From: Cytophagaceae bacterium
GTDB taxonomy: Bacteria > Bacteroidota > Bacteroidia > Cytophagales > Cytophagaceae
NCBI GenBank assembly: GCA_025054875.1
Contig: JANWYS010000003.1
Location: 2,862-66,861 of the forward strand
Direction: 5' to 3'
Length of the DNA stretch: 64,000 nucleotides
Made by a program: the position numbers and the translations under genes. Below the pieces are notes generated by a model. It was not told the origin of the DNA. It was given only the letters and a program-made list of their open reading frames with translations, and made no database searches. The first letter of the stretch is position 1. Every line of letters starts with the position of its first letter. This document shows, piece after piece, positions 48,463 to 58,539 of this stretch.

Positions 48463-49254
48463 ATGACACGCAAAACCGAATACATTCCCTCCGGCAAAAA
48501 AATTTACTTTGCCTCTGATTTTCATTTAGGCATACCTGATCACGAAACCAGCAAGGCAAGAGAAAAAAAAATAATACGTTGGTTAGATTTCATAAAAGCA
48601 GATGCTCATGCCATTTACCTGTTAGGCGATGTATTTGACTTTTGGTATGAATACAAATATCTGGTTCCAAAAGGTTTTGTACGTTTTCAGGCAAAACTCG
48701 CAGAGCTTACAGACAGCGGTATCCGCGTACATTGGCTTATCGGAAATCACGACATGTGGATTTTTTCCTACTTTCAGAAAGAATTAGGTGTGGAGGTACT
48801 CAAATCAAACCTACAGATAAACATCAACGGACAAAGCTTCTACATAGGCCATGGCGATGGACTTGGCCCGGGAGATTATTTTTACAAATTCCTAAAACTT
48901 ATTTTCCGAAATCCTTTTTTTCAGTGGGTATTCAGAATGGTTCCTCCTTCAGTGGGAATGAACATAGCCAGATATTGGTCATCCAAAAGCAGATTAGCTA
49001 ACATGAAAGAAGAGAAATTTGATTTGCAAAAGGAATACTTATATCAGTTTTGCAAAAAAATGCAAAGCAAACAGCCACATGATTTTTATATATTCGGACA
49101 TCGCCATCTGGTGCTCGACATTGAGGTGACCGGCAGCCGCTACATAAACCTTGGCGAGTGGGTGTCGAACAATCTATGTTGCTATGCTTCTTTCGATGGC
49201 AATCATTTATTGCTTCATACTTTTGATGATAGCCATGACACATCATCACTATGA
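48463..49254 (+). CDS. lpxH: UDP-2,3-diacylglucosamine diphosphatase
   Basis: Calcineurin-like motifs SDFHLG, GDVFDFW, GNHD, GH.H. Typical rsfS-ftsH-lpxH neighbourhood. Confidence 0.8.
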   Translation: MTRKTEYIPSGKKIYFASDFHLGIPDHETSKAREKKIIRWLDFIKADAHAIYLLGDVFDFWYEYKYLVPKGFVRFQAKLAELTDSGIRVHWLIGNHDMWIFSYFQKELGVEVLKSNLQININGQSFYIGHGDGLGPGDYFYKFLKLIFRNPFFQWVFRMVPPSVGMNIARYWSSKSRLANMKEEKFDLQKEYLYQFCKKMQSKQPHDFYIFGHRHLVLDIEVTGSRYINLGEWVSNNLCCYASFDGNHLLLHTFDDSHDTSSL

Positions 49255-49434
49255 TGTTAGCTTAGCTGACAACAAACCATCATAAACCCATTCTATCAGG
49301 GATAAAAAAATTTTGATTCACTATACTTTAAGATGACTTAACTTTCTACATAGCTGATGCCAGATTTGGAGAGCAACTCGTTGATAAAATTACTGAAATT
49401 GCTTTCATGAATAAAAAAGGTGATAAAGATAGGA

Positions 49435-50868
49435 TCATTTAAAACCCGTAATAGCCAGAGTAAGCGATTTATCAAAAGGGTATGAGTTATTATCGTCGGG
49501 GTGCTGTATGTTTACGAAGTATGTTTTACCATCCGGAGTGAAGTAACCTCCGGTAGTTTCTGCACCTGCAGGCGCAATGAGAAAACGCTGCAAATCATCT
49601 ATGGTAGGGTTTTGTACAGATAGGTCTAACCACCATATTTCATTTGTATAAATATTTTTTTGTTCTCCTTCCTTGTTCACTCTTCCTTTTGTTACTCCCA
49701 CTAAGTCTTCATTTATCACCAAATATTTTTTTCCTTTCCATTGTGTATGGCATATTCCATCCGGATTGGAGAAATGCTTGTTTCTTTTTCCGGCACCGCC
49801 GGCAAGATAAACTTTCATTTCGTCGGTAGCCGGATCAAAAACAAGTACACTTCCGTAAGGGTAATCGTATTCATAATCGCTATTTTTCTTATACGCAGAC
49901 AAATGATTAGCAGGTATGCCTCCTTTCTCTATTTCTTTTTTCAAAGAAAAGTCATCTGCTCCTGTTTCGGTGATGTAAATTTTCCCATCCACGCCTGTCA
50001 TCCATTCCATGCGCACAAAAATACTAGCGCCCATGCGTAGGGCTACATCTCTGATGATAACTAAAGAATCCATTTCCATGGGAAGTTTTATCCATACACC
50101 TTTGTGACTATCCGGAAGCTGTTTGTAAGCGTATAGTTGTCCTTTGTCAAATTGATTTTCCTTTTCACATACAAATTTAAAAAACACGCTAGGTAAAAAA
50201 TCATCGGTAAGATAGACGGTTTTATTGTCGGGCATAACATATGCGGCTTCATGAGAGTAGCGCCCCATGGCATACAGTTTTGAAGTGGCTTTATACTCTT
50301 TGGGATTTATCTCTACCATCCATCCGAAATTATGATAGCGTGGCCTGCCATTATAGTCAGATGTGTCGCGAAATCCTTTTTTAAACATTTCAGCGTTGCT
50401 TGCCGGTGGAAATTCTTCTGCCGATAATATAGTGCCTTTTGAGGAGGCATAATAGCCACTGCAATTATTGTAAGTACCACCAATAGCAGAAAAGTCAATA
50501 GCTATTTTTGACCCATAGGTTCTCCACCCGTTTTTATTTTTTACAATACTCATTATAGTGCCTCCTCCTCCATCGCCTAGAATATCGCTTGAAGTTACCG
50601 ACTCATGACCTACAAACAATTGTCCATACTTACTTGAAGCTTTGAAAGGCATGTAAACATTGTAGTCGTGCATACCTTTAGCTGGAGCAGGTTTGCCTTG
50701 TATACTAAATACGGTATCTTCTTCGCGGAATAACACATCATACTTCAAACCTTCCGGTATAATTACTCTGCTTACATTAAACTCTTCATCAAGTGGCTTA
50801 AAAGGCAATTGTGCGTACAATCTATTCGACCCATATAAGCATAAAGCTATTAAAAATACTTCTTTCAT
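49435..50868 (-). CDS. phoX: PhoX-like (DUF839) secreted phosphatase
   Basis: Signal peptide and DUF839 blocks (VFFKFV...GQLYAYK, ITETGADD, FSNPDG, GGYFTPDGKTYFVNIQHP). Confidence 0.7.
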   Translation of the reverse strand: MKEVFLIALCLYGSNRLYAQLPFKPLDEEFNVSRVIIPEGLKYDVLFREEDTVFSIQGKPAPAKGMHDYNVYMPFKASSKYGQLFVGHESVTSSDILGDGGGGTIMSIVKNKNGWRTYGSKIAIDFSAIGGTYNNCSGYYASSKGTILSAEEFPPASNAEMFKKGFRDTSDYNGRPRYHNFGWMVEINPKEYKATSKLYAMGRYSHEAAYVMPDNKTVYLTDDFLPSVFFKFVCEKENQFDKGQLYAYKQLPDSHKGVWIKLPMEMDSLVIIRDVALRMGASIFVRMEWMTGVDGKIYITETGADDFSLKKEIEKGGIPANHLSAYKKNSDYEYDYPYGSVLVFDPATDEMKVYLAGGAGKRNKHFSNPDGICHTQWKGKKYLVINEDLVGVTKGRVNKEGEQKNIYTNEIWWLDLSVQNPTIDDLQRFLIAPAGAETTGGYFTPDGKTYFVNIQHPDDNNSYPFDKSLTLAITGFK

Positions 50869-50940
50869 GAATCAACAAAGCTGTTTCACATATATATTAA
50901 TGATTGGAGAGAAGCAAAAAAAACCTCAGTTAAATCTTTA

Positions 50941-50958
50941 TTAAACTCTTGTTATATA
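50941..50958 (-). promoter_or_regulatory. Pho-box-like motif upstream of the second PhoX-like gene
   Basis: The minus strand reads TATATAACAAGAGTTTAA, matching 13/18 and 14/18 with the pstS and phoX-1 sites. Lies 73-90 bp upstream of the ATG, in the same orientation relative to the gene. Confidence 0.25.
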
Positions 50959-51484
50959 AGACTTGTAAACTTAATGCCACCATACGTATCATAGCTTTTG
51001 CTTTCAATATTTTAAATAGTCTCTTGTGCATACCATTTGAACATATGGCAACTATGAATCCATTGCTATTCTGTAAAAAAGCAAGCTATGCTCCCTGTAG
51101 AAGTGACGGACTACAAAATTGCTAAGAGTTACCTTTTCTATTGCTTTGATGATACTTACGATAGTAATCCGCAAATGGTGATGCAATGTGTGTACTAATT
51201 ACTTGTAAGGTTTTCTGACGTATACTAAAATCTTACTTCAAAAAAAAGTATTTATTGTCAACATTTTGAAATCCGAATGTTCTGATATCCGCCATTAGAA
51301 TAATTTGAACTTATGACAATTTTGTTTGTGTGGAAATTGAACATGCAAAATGCGGGCTGTACAATCTGCGCTAACCATCGCGGAAAATGTTTCTTTTTAA
51401 CCTTCTGAACGAGTCTTATCAGAACTCATTATTTTGTATGTTAAAGTGTAAGTATTAGTTTTATGCCGGATAATGTTTTTACTT

Positions 51485-52213
51485 ATGACGTATTGCCTTG
51501 GCATAAAACTTCGTAGTGGACTTGTAGCTATTGCCGACACCCGCATAACTTCGGGTAATGAGACTACAACGGCAAAAAAAATATATGTATACCGTCATGA
51601 GAGACAAAGCTTATTTATAATGACCAGCGGCCTGCGATCCGTCAGGGACAAAGCGGTAACATATTTTCAAGAAGCCTTAGAGGAGCATGGGCCTGAATTT
51701 AATAAAGTATACAAAGCTGTTAATGCGTTTGGTACTCAGTTGAGAAGAGTAGCCGGAGAAGATAAAGCAGCTTTGGAAAGTGCCGGATTTCACTTTAACC
51801 TGAACGCAATAGTAGGCGGACAACTGAATGATGATGATGAGCATAAACTGTATTTGATATATCCGGAAGGTAATTGGGTAGAAATTGGTGAGCATTCGCC
51901 ATTTGTAATCATTGGTAACTCCGGATATGGGAAGCCTATTCTAAACCGCACTCTCACTTACGACTCCGCCATATCAGTGGCTTTGAAAGCCGGGTTTCTG
52001 TCTTTTGACTCAACACGTGTAAGTGCCAATGATGTAGAGTTTCCGATAGATGTGGTGCTCTACAAGCGTGGTTCATATCACATCGCAGAGCATCGCTTTG
52101 AAAAGGAAGACCTGGCCAAAGTTTCTGAGTTTTGGGATCAGCAGCTTCAGGTAGCTCTGAAAAATATACCTGAAGAGTGGATGGATGTGGCGATAAAAAA
52201 AATGAACAAATAA
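51485..52213 (+). CDS. Anbu-type proteasome beta-subunit homologue (Ntn hydrolase)
   Basis: Begins MTYCLGIKLRSGLVAIADTRITSG..., the MT(Y)C N-terminus with Thr2 nucleophile typical of Anbu. The ORF track offers an upstream ATG at 51473 that would bury the Thr. Confidence 0.7.
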   Translation: MTYCLGIKLRSGLVAIADTRITSGNETTTAKKIYVYRHERQSLFIMTSGLRSVRDKAVTYFQEALEEHGPEFNKVYKAVNAFGTQLRRVAGEDKAALESAGFHFNLNAIVGGQLNDDDEHKLYLIYPEGNWVEIGEHSPFVIIGNSGYGKPILNRTLTYDSAISVALKAGFLSFDSTRVSANDVEFPIDVVLYKRGSYHIAEHRFEKEDLAKVSEFWDQQLQVALKNIPEEWMDVAIKKMNK

Positions 52214-52214
52214 C

Positions 52215-52865
52215 ATGCTGGAAGCAATAGACCTATACAAGGCATATCCGAATGTTCAGGTATTGAAAGGTGTGAGCCTCCGTATAGCGAAAGGAGAAGT
52301 TGTGTCCATAGTGGGTGCATCGGGAGCGGGGAAGAGCACTCTCTTACACATATTGGGCACGTTAGACCGGCCAGATAGGGGCAAGTTGCTATTTGACGGA
52401 GAAGAAATAACGGGATACTCTGAGCAAAAACTTTCGGCATTCAGAAACAAAAATATGGGCTTCGTGTTTCAGTTTCATAACTTACTTCCGGAGTTTACGG
52501 CTCTGGAGAACGTATGCATACCCGGATTGTTGGGCAGGCGAAATAAGAAGGAAGTATCCGCTAAGGCGAAACACCTTTTGCATAGCCTGGGATTGGAGCA
52601 TCGCATGCACCACCGCCCCGGAGAGCTTTCCGGTGGAGAACAACAGCGTGTATCCGTAGCCAGAGCGTTGATTAACGATCCCATGATAATCTTTGCCGAT
52701 GAGCCCACAGGAAATCTGGATTCTCACAATGCTGAGGAGATAAATAGATTATTTTTTAGCCTTCGCGATCAGTTGCATATTTCTTTTGTGATAGTGACAC
52801 ACAACGAGCGCCTGGCTGCTCAAGCTGACCGCATGCTCGCCATGCAAGATGGCCGGTTGCAATAA
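52215..52865 (+). CDS. ABC transporter ATP-binding protein, LolD/MacB-ATPase-like
   Basis: Walker A GASGAGKST, signature LSGGEQQRV, Walker B IIFADEPTGNLD. Starts 1 nt after the stop of the Anbu-like gene. Confidence 0.85.
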   Translation: MLEAIDLYKAYPNVQVLKGVSLRIAKGEVVSIVGASGAGKSTLLHILGTLDRPDRGKLLFDGEEITGYSEQKLSAFRNKNMGFVFQFHNLLPEFTALENVCIPGLLGRRNKKEVSAKAKHLLHSLGLEHRMHHRPGELSGGEQQRVSVARALINDPMIIFADEPTGNLDSHNAEEINRLFFSLRDQLHISFVIVTHNERLAAQADRMLAMQDGRLQ

Positions 52866-52879
52866 CAGAAGAAACCATT

Positions 52880-53725
52880 TCAGGATTTCAGCATTCCAAG
52901 CAACACCGAGAGTTTAGATTTCATTTCGCGACGATCTACGATGAAATCCAGGAACCCATGCTCTAGTAAAAATTCAGCACTTTGAAATCCTTCGGGGAGG
53001 TCTTTTCCTATGGTTTCGCGTATCACACGGGGACCTGCAAACCCGATGAGAGCACCCGGCTCGGCCACATTGAAATCGCCGAGCATAGCATACGATGCCG
53101 TCACACCTCCCGTTGTAGGGTCAGTGAGCACGGATATGTAAGGTATACCGTCTTTGTCCAGTAAGGCTAGTCGCGCGGCCGTTTTGGCCATTTGCATCAG
53201 CGAAAATCCGGCTTCCATCATTCGGGCTCCTCCCGATTTGGAAATCATGATAAAGGGATATTTTTTCTTTCGTGCTACATCTATTGCTCTTGCTATTTTT
53301 TCTCCAACCACAGATCCCATGGAGCCTCCAATGAACTTGAAATCCATACAGGCAATGACTACAGATATTTCATTCATTTTTCCATAGGCTGCCCGCACGG
53401 CATCATTGAGTCCTGTTTTTTTCATGGATGAATTTATGCGTGCGGGATAAGGTTGTGTGTCAATAAATTTAAGGGGATCTGCAGAGCGTATGTTGGGATA
53501 TATTTCCGTAAAGTTGTTGCCATCAAATAATATTTCAAAATATTCTTTTGAGCCTATTCTGTCGTGGAAACCACATTCCGGACATACATAGTTGGAATGG
53601 GCGTGCTCTTCGGCTTGCATTATTTTTTTACAGTGGCTGCATTGATGCCACAACCCATCAGGCACCTCCAATTTTTGTTCGGTAGGTGTTACAATTCCTT
53701 TTTCGGTTCGTTTATACCAAGACAT
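52880..53725 (-). CDS. accD: acetyl-CoA carboxylase carboxyltransferase beta subunit
   Basis: N-terminal zinc ribbon (CSHCKK...CPECG) and a carboxyltransferase domain ([11 protein letters not shown]..., SGGARMMEG). Confidence 0.95.
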   Translation of the reverse strand: MSWYKRTEKGIVTPTEQKLEVPDGLWHQCSHCKKIMQAEEHAHSNYVCPECGFHDRIGSKEYFEILFDGNNFTEIYPNIRSADPLKFIDTQPYPARINSSMKKTGLNDAVRAAYGKMNEISVVIACMDFKFIGGSMGSVVGEKIARAIDVARKKKYPFIMISKSGGARMMEAGFSLMQMAKTAARLALLDKDGIPYISVLTDPTTGGVTASYAMLGDFNVAEPGALIGFAGPRVIRETIGKDLPEGFQSAEFLLEHGFLDFIVDRREMKSKLSVLLGMLKS

Positions 53726-53990
53726 GTGCTAAGAAGATTAGTATTTCAAGTAATATGATTGTACACTAAAACACGTACTACTGTGAGGGGCTTGGAGAGT
53801 GGATACAGCTGCCTCAATTGACAGTATGCACGAGGCTTCAGTAGTCATATTATTCATGTGCAAAACTCAACGGGTGAATTTTTAATGTGCAAATATACGA
53901 AATATTCTGATGATTTTACAAACCAACAGCTAAGACGGAAAATGTAAGGATGTATTTGTTAACATGATTTTTACTTTTGTCTCTGCCTGC

Positions 53991-54581
53991 TTATTTAGTG
54001 AATTCTACGATTTGTGAATAGTGTACACGCCCATCGGGTTCCACAAACTTCAGTCGGTATTTGTTAGGTCCCGGACGTACACCATCAGTGTTGTAGTTGT
54101 TAAGAAACATAGAGCCGTTTCCCGGTATCTCTTTCATCAAAATCCACCTGTCATTATTATAATACTCGAGTAAATATTTTCCACGTGCCCGTTCGCCTTT
54201 GGTTGACCATATGATGGCATCTTTGTCAACCTGAAAAGAATTGAAGTGAAAACTACTGGAAGGTTTTATTACTTGTGGGTTTAACAAACGCGGTTTGCAA
54301 TTGTCTTTATGGGTTATTTTTACGGTGATCTGGTCATTTATTTTGTACATAGACAAGTCAATTTCATACGCGCCTGTAGTAATGTTTTCCATTACCTTTA
54401 CATCATTCACATATACCGCATTGGTGCAGTAAGTTGTTCCATCTCCTATTGAAGGATTTTGTATAAATATGTTCTTGCCCTGATAAATACCGGAAATTAC
54501 GAATATTCCTGCCCAGCAGGTATATGAATAGAAAGCAATTATTGTTGTTATAAAGGGTTTCAATAATAAAGGTTTATTCAT
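53991..54581 (-). CDS. hypothetical secreted/membrane-anchored protein
   Basis: N-terminal hydrophobic segment. No recognised motif. Confidence 0.5.
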   Translation of the reverse strand: MNKPLLLKPFITTIIAFYSYTCWAGIFVISGIYQGKNIFIQNPSIGDGTTYCTNAVYVNDVKVMENITTGAYEIDLSMYKINDQITVKITHKDNCKPRLLNPQVIKPSSSFHFNSFQVDKDAIIWSTKGERARGKYLLEYYNNDRWILMKEIPGNGSMFLNNYNTDGVRPGPNKYRLKFVEPDGRVHYSQIVEFTK

Positions 54582-54687
54582 GTTCTGAATGTAATTGTAG
54601 GGTGAAAGGTTTCGTAAAAACGCATAAGATTTGACCTTTAAAAATAAAACTTTACTACCAAAAATAAAAAGGCAAATGATATCAAAT

Positions 54688-55611
54688 TTATTTTAAACTA
54701 ATCTCAAATTGTACGAGTTCGATAAAATCTTGTATTCTGTTTTTTAGTTCAGATTGATCAAGATTTATCAATCGTTCTGTACCAAACTTTTCTACACAAA
54801 AGGAAGCCATAGCTGAACCGTAAATGATGGCTCTTTTCATGTTATCAAAAGAAGTGTTTCCGGTATGGGCAAGGTATCCTATGAAGCCTCCGGCAAATGT
54901 GTCGCCGGCACCGGTAGGGTCAAATACTTCTTCCAGTGGCAGGGCCGGAGCGAAAAATACCTTGTTATTATGAAAAAGTAGTGCACCGTGTTCTCCTTTT
55001 TTTATGATGAGATATTTTGGCCCCATTGACATGATTTTTTTTGCGGCCTTAGCTAATGAGTATTCGTTGGATAGCTGCCTTGCTTCTTCATCGTTTATGG
55101 ATAATACATCTACCATACTCAAGGTTTTTTCAAGTTCTTTTCTCGCTGTGTCCATCCAAAAGTTCATGGTGTCCATCACAATGAGTTTTGGCCTTTTGCG
55201 AAGCCGCTCTATGACCGTGCTTTGCACGGATGGTGTCAGGTTGCCCAACATTAAAAATTCACAATCCTGATACGATTCAGGGAGCACCGGATCAAAGTTG
55301 GCCAGCACATTCAATTCTGTGACCAAGGTGTCGCGCGTGTTCATGTCGTTGCGATATCGGCCAGACCAGAAAAAAGTTTTTTCATTTTTTTTTACCTGTA
55401 GTCCTTCTGTGTTAATGCCGTGTCTTTGCAACATTTCGATTTGTTCTTTCGGAAAATCATCTCCAACCACAGCAACCAGGTTTACTTTGTCTGTAAAATA
55501 AGAAGCTGAAAGTGATATGTAAGTAGCTGCTCCTCCTATTATTTTATCGGTTTTACCAAAAGGGGTTTCTATAGCATCAAATGCAACTGATCCTACTACT
55601 AATATACTCAT
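54688..55611 (-). CDS. PfkB-family carbohydrate/nucleoside kinase
   Basis: N-terminal VVGSVAFD, GGAATY, and the C-terminal PfkB signature DPTGAGDTFAGGF. Confidence 0.85.
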   Translation of the reverse strand: MSILVVGSVAFDAIETPFGKTDKIIGGAATYISLSASYFTDKVNLVAVVGDDFPKEQIEMLQRHGINTEGLQVKKNEKTFFWSGRYRNDMNTRDTLVTELNVLANFDPVLPESYQDCEFLMLGNLTPSVQSTVIERLRKRPKLIVMDTMNFWMDTARKELEKTLSMVDVLSINDEEARQLSNEYSLAKAAKKIMSMGPKYLIIKKGEHGALLFHNNKVFFAPALPLEEVFDPTGAGDTFAGGFIGYLAHTGNTSFDNMKRAIIYGSAMASFCVEKFGTERLINLDQSELKNRIQDFIELVQFEISLK

Positions 55612-55722
55612 ACGGTGCTAATTTGTTTATCATGATTTGCCGGTAAATATGCAGGTTTTTATTTGTTTTACAATTATTTTTATTGTTCAGATTGGTTTTA
55701 TGAAAACAGTAATTGATTTATC

Positions 55723-57261
55723 ATGAAAATAGAAAATTTACTGAAAAGCCTCAAAATAAATTCAATCAACGGATCTTACAGTACGGGGAAAGAATGGGGA
55801 ACGTGTTCCGGTACGGATAAAGTGATACACACCCCTATAGATGGTTCAAAAATTGCGACAGTTCGTTATGCCGATAAGCAGGCATATGAACATGTGGTCA
55901 TTACGGCTTGTTCAGCGTTTGAGTATTGGAAAACTGTGCCGGCCCCTCGCAGAGGAGAGGTAATAAGGCAGATAGGCAACACACTACGCACATACAAGCG
56001 TGAACTTGGCATGTTGATTACCTATGAGTCGGGGAAAATATTAGAAGAGGCTTTAGGCGAAGTACAAGAAATGATAGATATATGCGATTTCGCTGTTGGC
56101 CTTTCACGGCAGTTACATGGCTTTACGATGCATTCTGAGAGGCCGTTGCATCGCATGTATGAACAGTATCACCCGTTGGGTATAGTAGGTATAATTACAG
56201 CTTTTAACTTCCCGGCAGCTGTATGGTCATGGAATGCGATGATTGCAGCCGTGTGCGGAGATGTATGCCTGTGGAAACCTTCCGAAAAAACTCCTCTCAC
56301 AGCTATAGCATGCCAGAATATAATAGCTGAAGTGCTTGAGAAAAATCAACTTCCGGAAGGCATTTTTAACCTGATAATAGGGGATAGTAGTGCAGGCCAT
56401 TGGATAGCATGCGATAAACGCATACCATTAGTCTCTGCCACAGGTTCTACTGCCATGGGCAGAAATGTGGCTCAGACTGTCGGAGCCAGATTGGGAAAAA
56501 CTATTCTTGAATTGGGAGGAAATAACGCCATCATACTTACAGAAAATGCAGACATAGAATTAGCGTTACCGGCAATCACTTTTGGAGCTGTTGGCACATG
56601 TGGGCAGAGATGCACATCTACCCGAAGGCTCATTGTTCATGATTCCATATACGACAAAGTTTTGGAGAGGTTAAAAATCATCTACGAAAGCCTGCCGGTG
56701 GGCAATCCCTTAGACCCTTCCACGTTGGTAGGCCCTCTGATAGATGAAAATGCCGTAAAAAATTTTTTGTCGGCCATTGAAACAGCCAAAAGACAGGGAG
56801 CCTCATTAGTAACAGGAGGAAAGCAACTTTCAGGAGATCAATACCCAGGTGATCTGTATGTGCAACCTAGCATCCTGGAAGCTACGCCAGACATGCCAAT
56901 AGTTAAAGAAGAAACATTTGCACCCATATTGTATGTAATAAAATACCACGGAAACGTGCATAATGCCATACAGATACAAAATGATGTTCCTCAGGGGCTA
57001 TCTTCTGCAATTTTCTCTGACAATCTGCAGGAAACTGAAATTTTTCTTTCTTCGCAGGGTTCTGATTGTGGAATCGCAAACGTAAACATAGGCACTTCCG
57101 GCGCAGAAATTGGTGGTGCTTTTGGTGGTGAAAAGGACACAGGAGGGGGAAGAGAATCGGGTTCTGATGCATGGAAAGCTTATATGAGAAGGCAAACCAA
57201 TACCATTAACTTTGGTAAAGAACTTACTTTAGCTCAAGGAATCAAATTCACTGTATCTTAA
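55723..57261 (+). CDS. NAD(P)-dependent aldehyde dehydrogenase, ALDH7 (aminoadipate-semialdehyde dehydrogenase)-like
   Basis: ALDH motifs ELGGNNA and catalytic GTCGQRCTSTRR. Overall length and N-terminus resemble antiquitin-type enzymes. The subfamily call is tentative. Confidence 0.8.
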   Translation: MKIENLLKSLKINSINGSYSTGKEWGTCSGTDKVIHTPIDGSKIATVRYADKQAYEHVVITACSAFEYWKTVPAPRRGEVIRQIGNTLRTYKRELGMLITYESGKILEEALGEVQEMIDICDFAVGLSRQLHGFTMHSERPLHRMYEQYHPLGIVGIITAFNFPAAVWSWNAMIAAVCGDVCLWKPSEKTPLTAIACQNIIAEVLEKNQLPEGIFNLIIGDSSAGHWIACDKRIPLVSATGSTAMGRNVAQTVGARLGKTILELGGNNAIILTENADIELALPAITFGAVGTCGQRCTSTRRLIVHDSIYDKVLERLKIIYESLPVGNPLDPSTLVGPLIDENAVKNFLSAIETAKRQGASLVTGGKQLSGDQYPGDLYVQPSILEATPDMPIVKEETFAPILYVIKYHGNVHNAIQIQNDVPQGLSSAIFSDNLQETEIFLSSQGSDCGIANVNIGTSGAEIGGAFGGEKDTGGGRESGSDAWKAYMRRQTNTINFGKELTLAQGIKFTVS

Positions 57262-57319
57262 TTTTAAAAAATCATGTAATATATTTAGAAAATATTAACA
57301 TATTTGCATAACTTTATTT

Positions 57320-57766
57320 ATGGCAATTATTAAAACGAACATGAATATAGTGGATGTGAAAAAGTATCATTCAGTGATGTTGATTGATGATAATGAGATA
57401 GACAATCTCATTAACCAAAAAATGATTGAAGCCGCTGATATTAGTGAAAACATTTTTATCCATTCCGGAGCTAAGAGTGCCATTGAGTTTCTGCAAAACA
57501 TTGAAAAATTAGCTAAAGGACCACTTGAGCTTTACCTGCCGGAAATCATCTTTCTCGACATAGATATGCCCATAATGGATGGATTTCAATTTTTGGATGA
57601 ATTTGAAAAGCTCTCAGACATAATTAAGCAGAATTGTAAAATAGTAATGCTAACATCCTCACTTAATCCACAAGATATGAACAAAGCCAAAAAAAATAAA
57701 TATGTTATAAAATATTTAAACAAGCCTCTTACTCAGGAAAGTTTGAAGAAAATACTATTCTCGTAA
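57320..57766 (+). CDS. stand-alone response-regulator receiver domain protein
   Basis: DD pair (LIDDNEID), phospho-acceptor context IFLDIDMP, and conserved T (MLTSS) and K (KYLNKP). Confidence 0.85.
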   Translation: MAIIKTNMNIVDVKKYHSVMLIDDNEIDNLINQKMIEAADISENIFIHSGAKSAIEFLQNIEKLAKGPLELYLPEIIFLDIDMPIMDGFQFLDEFEKLSDIIKQNCKIVMLTSSLNPQDMNKAKKNKYVIKYLNKPLTQESLKKILFS

Positions 57767-57812
57767 AGGCCATCGCGAAAATTACTTCTTGCCAGTAACT
57801 TTTTCTAGTTCT

Positions 57813-57830
57813 GCCACTGACGTCAGTGGC
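57813..57830. other. perfect 18-bp palindrome GCCACTGACGTCAGTGGC
   Basis: Self-complementary over all 18 nt with a central TGACGTCA. Lies 47 nt after the response-regulator stop, with no T-run after it. Confidence 0.9.
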
Positions 57831-57929
57831 ATGGGAAGAAAATTTATTTATCTGCTGAAAGTCCGGTTAACTGAATTTGCTAACGATTTTATCTATTCAA
57901 AGCATAGGCTCGTTTTGTTCCATTTTCAT

Positions 57930-58290
57930 ACATTAGCCCGGATACTATCCCAAAAAGTGTGGTGAATTGTTTTTTTATGTAGGGCGTGCCCCTGGGGGGC
58001 CGGGCTGTCCGTCACTCCGCTATCGCTCCGGTGCTCCGCTGAAGCTTCGCACTGGCCTTGCAGGCCATGGCTCCCATCCTATGTACAACATTGGATTTCT
58101 CGGTGATTATGAAGAGAAGTAGTGGGGGGATTTTATCCGTGGATGTGGGGTAAAGTCTAGTGTTGTACCTTCTAAACTTCCCGATTGGAAATCGGCCGGC
58201 ATTCCCTCGCGCAGGTTCTCCCGAACTTTTTCTTTTTCGTAAGAAAATGTGAGTTCTTGAAGAGGTCCGGGTGCCGCTCGGACCAAAATC
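57930..58290 (+). repeat. GC-rich structured intergenic repeat, copy C, carrying a nested 126-bp insertion and a degenerate 3' hairpin
   Basis: Collinear with copies A and B through ...GGCTCCCATCC (58079) and again from CTCGCGCAGG (58206). The sequence at 58080-58205 is absent from A and B. The terminal hairpin is reduced to GGTCCG...CGGACC (58264-58283). Confidence 0.85.
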
Positions 58291-58539
58291 TACATCAAAA
58301 CAAACGCAGCTATGCGCTTCCAAAAGCACATTGCAAGGTGAAGCCCAAACGTTGCGGTACTTCATAAGCACTCTCCTTCGGTGGCCAGCGCCTCAGCTTA
58401 ACATAATAATTTGCTAATGTGGATAAGCATAACAAGTATTTTAGCCTCGCAAAACAAAACTACACCGCATCAAATATAACACATCAAGATACATTAGTTA
58501 AAGAGCTCTCTCTTTTCGTACGGGTAATAGTTATTGTCC

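Noticed and set aside
51045-51408. Two tiny Cys-containing ORFs in the spacer upstream of the Anbu-like gene (51045-51119, MATMNPLLFCKKASYAPCRSDGLQNC; 51343-51408, MQNAGCTICANHRGKCFFLTF)
   Set aside because: There is no recognisable ribosome-binding context and no family resemblance. ORFs of 21-24 codons are expected by chance in 600 bp.
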